Shown here in pieces: positions 61,280 through 64,000 of a stretch of 64,000 bases of DNA; positions within the stretch are counted from its first letter, which is position 1, and every line of letters starts with the position of its first letter. A program made the translations under genes and the position numbers. Below the pieces are notes generated by a model. The model saw only the letters and a list, made by a program, of their open reading frames with translations, did not search any database and was not told the origin of the DNA. The stretch comes from an uncultured Hydrogenophaga sp. (GTDB taxonomy: Bacteria; Pseudomonadota; Gammaproteobacteria; Burkholderiales; Burkholderiaceae_C), in contig CAYNGJ010000015.1 in the NCBI GenBank assembly GCA_964396895.1, forward strand, positions 33,831 to 97,830, read 5' to 3'.

Positions 61280-62036
61280 GTGCCGCTTGAACACCGATCC
61301 GTTTTTTTACTTGGTGGCCATCCCAGCCGTGCTCTTGCTGGGGTTGAGCAAAAGTGGCTTTGGCGCGGGCTTTGGTTCGCTGGCGGTGCCCATGTTGGCA
61401 CTGGCCATCCCGGTGCCGCAGGCCGCCGCGATCATTTTGCCTCTGCTGTTTGTCATGGACGTGCTCACGCTCAAGGCCTTTCGCAAAGAGCTGGACTGGG
61501 CGCTGTTCCGCTTTCTGCTGCCCTGGGGCTTGCTGGGCATTGCGGTGGGGGCTGCGCTGTTCAAAACACTGGACAGCCACACGGTGGCCGGTCTGGTGGG
61601 CCTGTTCGCCTGGGGGTTTCTGGCGCAGCGCAAGCTGTTTCCGCCCAAGGCCGACGCACCGCCACCGGGCAAGTTCTGGGGGGCGGTCATGAGCACCACC
61701 TCGGGCTTCACCAGCTTTGTGTCGCACTCGGGCGGGCCGCCCATCAACGCCTACGTCATCCCGCTGAAGCTGGCACCCACCGTGTTCACCGGCACGCTGG
61801 CGGCGTTTTTTTTCGTCATCAACCTGAGCAAGTGGCTGCCTTACGCCTGGCTGGGGCTGTTCGATGCCAGCAACCTGGCCACCTCAGCCGCCCTGCTGCC
61901 GTTTGCGCCCCTGGGTGTGTGGGCCGGGGTGAAGGTGGCGCGGCGCATCAGCATGGTGTGGTTTTACCGGCTGGTGGACTGGGGCATGTTCCTCACCGGC
62001 GCCAAGCTGGTGTGGGATGGTTTTGTGGCGCGTTGA
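61257..62036 (+). CDS. TauE/SafE family sulfite-exporter-like membrane protein
   Basis: It is polytopic, with LLLGLSKSGFGAGFGSLAVPMLAL and GGPPINAYVIP. The start is uncertain, and it overlaps the paiB end. Confidence 0.8.
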   Translation: MAKPPRGECRLNTDPFFYLVAIPAVLLLGLSKSGFGAGFGSLAVPMLALAIPVPQAAAIILPLLFVMDVLTLKAFRKELDWALFRFLLPWGLLGIAVGAALFKTLDSHTVAGLVGLFAWGFLAQRKLFPPKADAPPPGKFWGAVMSTTSGFTSFVSHSGGPPINAYVIPLKLAPTVFTGTLAAFFFVINLSKWLPYAWLGLFDASNLATSAALLPFAPLGVWAGVKVARRISMVWFYRLVDWGMFLTGAKLVWDGFVAR

Positions 62037-62050
62037 TCAACAATGTGAAC

Positions 62051-62092
62051 AAAATAGCCACCCAGCTATTGATGGATATGAATTTGTAGCTA
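62051..62092 (+). repeat. AT-rich repeat copy R10a (left arm of the second inverted doublet; diverged core)
   Basis: AAAATAGCCACCCAGCTATTGATGGATATGAATTTGTAGCTA. Confidence 0.65.
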
Positions 62093-62106
62093 TAAAATTA
62101 ATTGTA

Positions 62107-62149
62107 TAGCTGACCATTCAATGACCATAAGCGCCAGAGGCTGATTTTT
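62107..62149 (-). repeat. AT-rich repeat copy R10b (right arm of the second inverted doublet)
   Basis: The reverse complement reads AAAAATCAGCCTCTGGCGCTTATGGTCATTGAATGGTCAGCTA. It is separated from R10a by a 14-nt AT spacer. Confidence 0.85.
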
Positions 62150-62168
62150 CGTATTTTTTGACGGGACA

Positions 62169-62732
62169 TCACACCTGCGCGGCCAGTGGCAAATTGAGCA
62201 GCAGGTTCTGGGGCTTGACGCGCACCAGCCCTTGGGCGTCGGTGGCCAGGCCCAGGTACACCGGTTTGCCCGCTACGTCGGCCCGCATGTCGGCGGGGTC
62301 GGCAAAGCGCAGGGTGAACAGGCTCACCAGCTGGCGCAGGCGCTCGGGCTCCACCTCGTTGTGCTGGTACAGGTCGTTGAGCAAGGCGGTGGATGCAACG
62401 TCCAGGCCCACATGCCAGCGCCAGGCCGGGTCGTTGATGGCCTGCACCGGTTCAATGTGCACCTGCACCCCCAGGAAATGCCGCACCCACAGGGCCAGCA
62501 CCTGTGCCAGGGCCTTGAGGCCGGAATGCGTCAGGGTCAGGTTCAGCACCAGGCCGTGGGTCAAATCCTGGGTCAGCGCATGCGTCAGGTCCAGCAAAAA
62601 CCGGTGCCGGTGGCCTTCGCGCCAAAAGCGTTCGGTGTTGTCGGGGCCGAGCACCGGCATGTCTGGTCGGGGTTGGACGCTGCCGCTTTGCAGCAACAAC
62701 CGCCCTACCTGGCCCAGCCCGGCGGTTTCGTT
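62169..62732 (-). CDS. hypothetical protein, C-terminal portion only (now fused to an integrase fragment)
   Basis: This is the GC-rich, protein-like part of ORF 62169..62891 (..INDPAWRWHVGLDVASTALLNDLYQ..RLRQLVSLFTLRFADPADMRADVAGKPVYLGL..). I do not recognise the family. The boundary at 62732 is approximate. Confidence 0.5.
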   Translation of the reverse strand, partial: NETAGLGQVGRLLLQSGSVQPRPDMPVLGPDNTERFWREGHRHRFLLDLTHALTQDLTHGLVLNLTLTHSGLKALAQVLALWVRHFLGVQVHIEPVQAINDPAWRWHVGLDVASTALLNDLYQHNEVEPERLRQLVSLFTLRFADPADMRADVAGKPVYLGLATDAQGLVRVKPQNLLLNLPLAAQV

Positions 62733-62891
62733 CAGCAGGTCAAGCGTGTCGCGCCGGCCGTTGAGACGGTAATCGTAGCGGAAGGTGACGGTACCGGTGG
62801 TTGATACCGTTACGTACATGCCGTCGCGGTCGGAAGCCTTGTAAATCTTGGACTTAGGCTTGAGATTGCGTAGTGCGGTGTCGGTAAGCAT
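62733..62891 (-). pseudogene. N-terminal approx. 50 codons of a P4-type tyrosine integrase (DUF4102 arm-binding domain), truncated
   Basis: MLTDTALRNLKPKSKIYKASDRDGMYVTVSTTGTVTFRYDYRLNGRRDTL matches the canonical integrase N-terminus (LTD..IR..KP..K.Y...D..GL.L.V...G...W...YR..GK). It has its own AGGAGGA RBS at 62902-62908 (complement). No catalytic domain follows. Confidence 0.8.
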
Positions 62892-63495
62892 CGAGGTTTT
62901 TCCTCCTGTTCATGACGGCTTTTACCGTCAGGGGTCAGGAGACCTGCTGATGCTCGGAAAGCCGCATGAAACAAGCTTTCCTGAGGAGTGATTTACCGTC
63001 AAAGACCGGTTTGGTCTGGATAGTAAACGGGAGGGTCTTAATCCGGCCTCCGGTTTCTACCGTCACCTCTACCGCCAATCCGTTTCGCTGGCCGGCGATA
63101 GCCACCGATAGCTGCCGTGACGTATTTCTTTTTAAATCAACACGTTACAACAGCTTTTCGATAGGTCACGATAGTCCCCGAAGGACCTGATTTCACTCCC
63201 ACTCTATTGTCAACAGTCGATCGCGCCTCAGAGGGAAAGCGCGCTGTTTGCCAGCCGATAAAGGCACCGATACCGACAGACTTACCGTCGCCCCCTCCGA
63301 GGGCTCTTAGCTCTCGATCTCACTTATCGAAGGTTCATCACAGTTTTTTTGAATACAAAAGTATCATGTTTTTAAACGCAATGACGGTATCGCGTGCTCA
63401 CTCCAGAGGGAGATGACGGTATTTAGAACGGCTTTGACGGTATCACAACCTTCCTGGGTCGAGACCCGAGCGGTTCATGACGATCGCTAAATACC
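62892..63495. mobile_element. AT-richer non-coding att-like or regulatory region of a decayed integrative element, packed with TACCGTCA/TGACGGTA and CGATAG motifs
   Basis: TACCGTCA-type sites are at 62923, 62994, 63058 and 63283, and the inverse TGACGGTA at 63382, 63414 and 63435. CGATAG-N4-CGATAG is at 63096 and 63159, and CCGATA-N6-CCGATA at 63255. No credible ORF is present. Confidence 0.65.
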
Positions 63496-63514
63496 TCGCT
63501 TGCAGCGATGCTGG

Positions 63515-63556
63515 CTTCTAATCCGCATGTCCTTGGTTCGAGTCCAGGTCAGGGAT
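63515..63556 (+). other. tRNA 3' fragment (anticodon loop CTTCTAA = Arg-UCU type, variable loop, T-arm, 3' acceptor strand); a likely att core
   Basis: The T-arm is CTTGG-TTCGAGT-CCAGG (63532-63548). A 5-nt variable loop follows TCCGC. The upstream sequence cannot pair with the 3' acceptor strand TCAGGGA, so this is not a complete tRNA. Confidence 0.6.
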
Positions 63557-63572
63557 TCAAGTAAATCAAGAT

Positions 63573-63600
63573 TCAGCAGGTTAGCGCCTGCTGACTTTTT
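63573..63600 (+). terminator. intrinsic terminator downstream of the tRNA fragment
   Basis: TCAGCAGG-TTAGCG-CCTGCTGA followed by CTTTTT. Confidence 0.8.
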
Positions 63601-63821
63601 CGCTTTCTGAGATCGCCGTGTCCGACTTGTCCGAAATTCTTGACGGACCCATGCATGGGACCCCATCGCACCTCGCTTTGTCGTCGCGACGTTGTCGTTC
63701 AAATCAAAAACTGCCGACTGGAGCCAATCCCTGCTCAGACAGCATTGTGTCCGCGCTGCAACTTCGGTGCCCGTCCGCCCCTCTCTCCGCAAGGACTCCG
63801 GGTGTTCAGTTGGAGGACAAC

Positions 63822-64000
63822 TTACACCGCGTCCTGAGGCACTTGCGCAAGAGCCACTGCCAGGAAATCGAGAACAGCGCGGATGCGGGCTGTGTGGCGC
63901 AGGTCTTCGTGGGTCAGCAACCACAGGTCCAGGCTGAAGGACTCCGGCAAGTCAGCTACCCGAACCAGGTCGGGTTTGTGATCTGCGATGGCGCAGGGCA
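63822..64000 (-). CDS. LysR-family transcriptional regulator, C-terminal end (the rest lies beyond the window)
   Basis: My own translation is ..PCAIADHKPDLVRVADLPESFSLDLWLLTHEDLRHTARIRAVLDFLAVALAQVPQDAV*, with the stop at 63822-63824 (complement). It is not in the ORF track because there is no start in the window. Confidence 0.7.
   Translation of the reverse strand, partial: PCAIADHKPDLVRVADLPESFSLDLWLLTHEDLRHTARIRAVLDFLAVALAQVPQDAV

Noticed and set aside
59531-61294. A 587-aa minus-strand ORF, plus several + strand ORFs (59373.., 59440.., 60281..) across the tadA/paiB region.
   Set aside because: It runs across two convergently and divergently arranged real genes in the wrong frames. It is Arg/Pro/Gly/Ala-rich and has no motifs.
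62966-63416. The small + strand ORFs 62966..63190 (74 aa) and 63207..63416 (69 aa) as possible Xis/AlpA-like genes.
   Set aside because: They have no RBS, odd composition and no HTH-like segment. The region is better explained as a motif-dense non-coding att/regulatory arm.
63484-63559. A complete tRNA gene (a D-stem-like pairing, TCGC/GCGA at 63496-63508, made it tempting).
   Set aside because: The 5' acceptor strand (CTAAATA) cannot pair with the 3' strand (TCAGGGA). The D-loop would be only 5 nt, the anticodon stem has a mismatch, and no CCA is encoded. I treat it as a 3' fragment only.
63487-63924. A 145-aa minus-strand ORF spanning the tRNA fragment and terminator.
   Set aside because: It crosses structured RNA and terminator elements and is Arg/Ser/Cys-rich. 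The real minus-strand gene here (LysR) is in a different frame and stops at 63822.

Overview
This is a 64-kb high-GC betaproteobacterial chromosome segment. Gene content and order look like Burkholderiales/Comamonadaceae, which is an inference from synteny only. It is almost entirely core genome. From left to right it holds:
- a partial MCP, then AraC/DUF2867/amidase;
- a NIT-like sensor coupled to a PAS-GGDEF-EAL protein;
- enoyl-CoA hydratase, a polysaccharide deacetylase, LemA-TPM-TPM and a phasin;
- cytochrome c4/rhodanese, an NlpC/P60 peptidase, prpE and ArsR;
- sucA-sucB-lpdA-zapE, PP2C, bamD/rluD and scpB-rluB;
- the long conserved run ndk-rlmN-pilW-rodZ-ispG-hisS-yfgM-bamB-der-hfq-hflX-hflK-hflC-yjeT-hisZ-purA;
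- a PRTase, metC, selU, tesA and an ABC ATPase, rlmB, a split chromate transporter, an SDR and yigZ;
- a minus-strand tadA(fusion)-DUF2062-ldcA-acylase operon, then paiB and tauE.

I found no rRNA, no CRISPR array, no intact tRNA, and no multi-gene defence, secretion or biosynthetic island. Three things are not explained by the gene list.
1. A family of AT-rich 45-65-nt repeats occurs at least 10-12 times, as singlets and as two tail-to-tail inverted doublets (REP/REPIN-like). Two copies are translated in frame, and both lie in segments that are removed from the mature protein: the BamB lipoprotein signal peptide and the spacer peptide of a penicillin-acylase-family protein.
2. The right end (about 62.7-63.8 kb) is an AT-richer scar of an integrative element. 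It has a roughly 50-codon tyrosine-integrase N-terminus fused in frame to an unrelated ORF, about 600 bp packed with two short motif families, and a tRNA-Arg(UCU)-like 3' fragment with its own terminator.
3. Several sharply defined cis elements are present: duplicated 16-mers bracketing a near-consensus phasin promoter, a perfect FNR-type box upstream of cytochrome c4, and 11-bp phased repeats upstream of lemA.

The many long antisense ORFs in the track are GC-driven artefacts.
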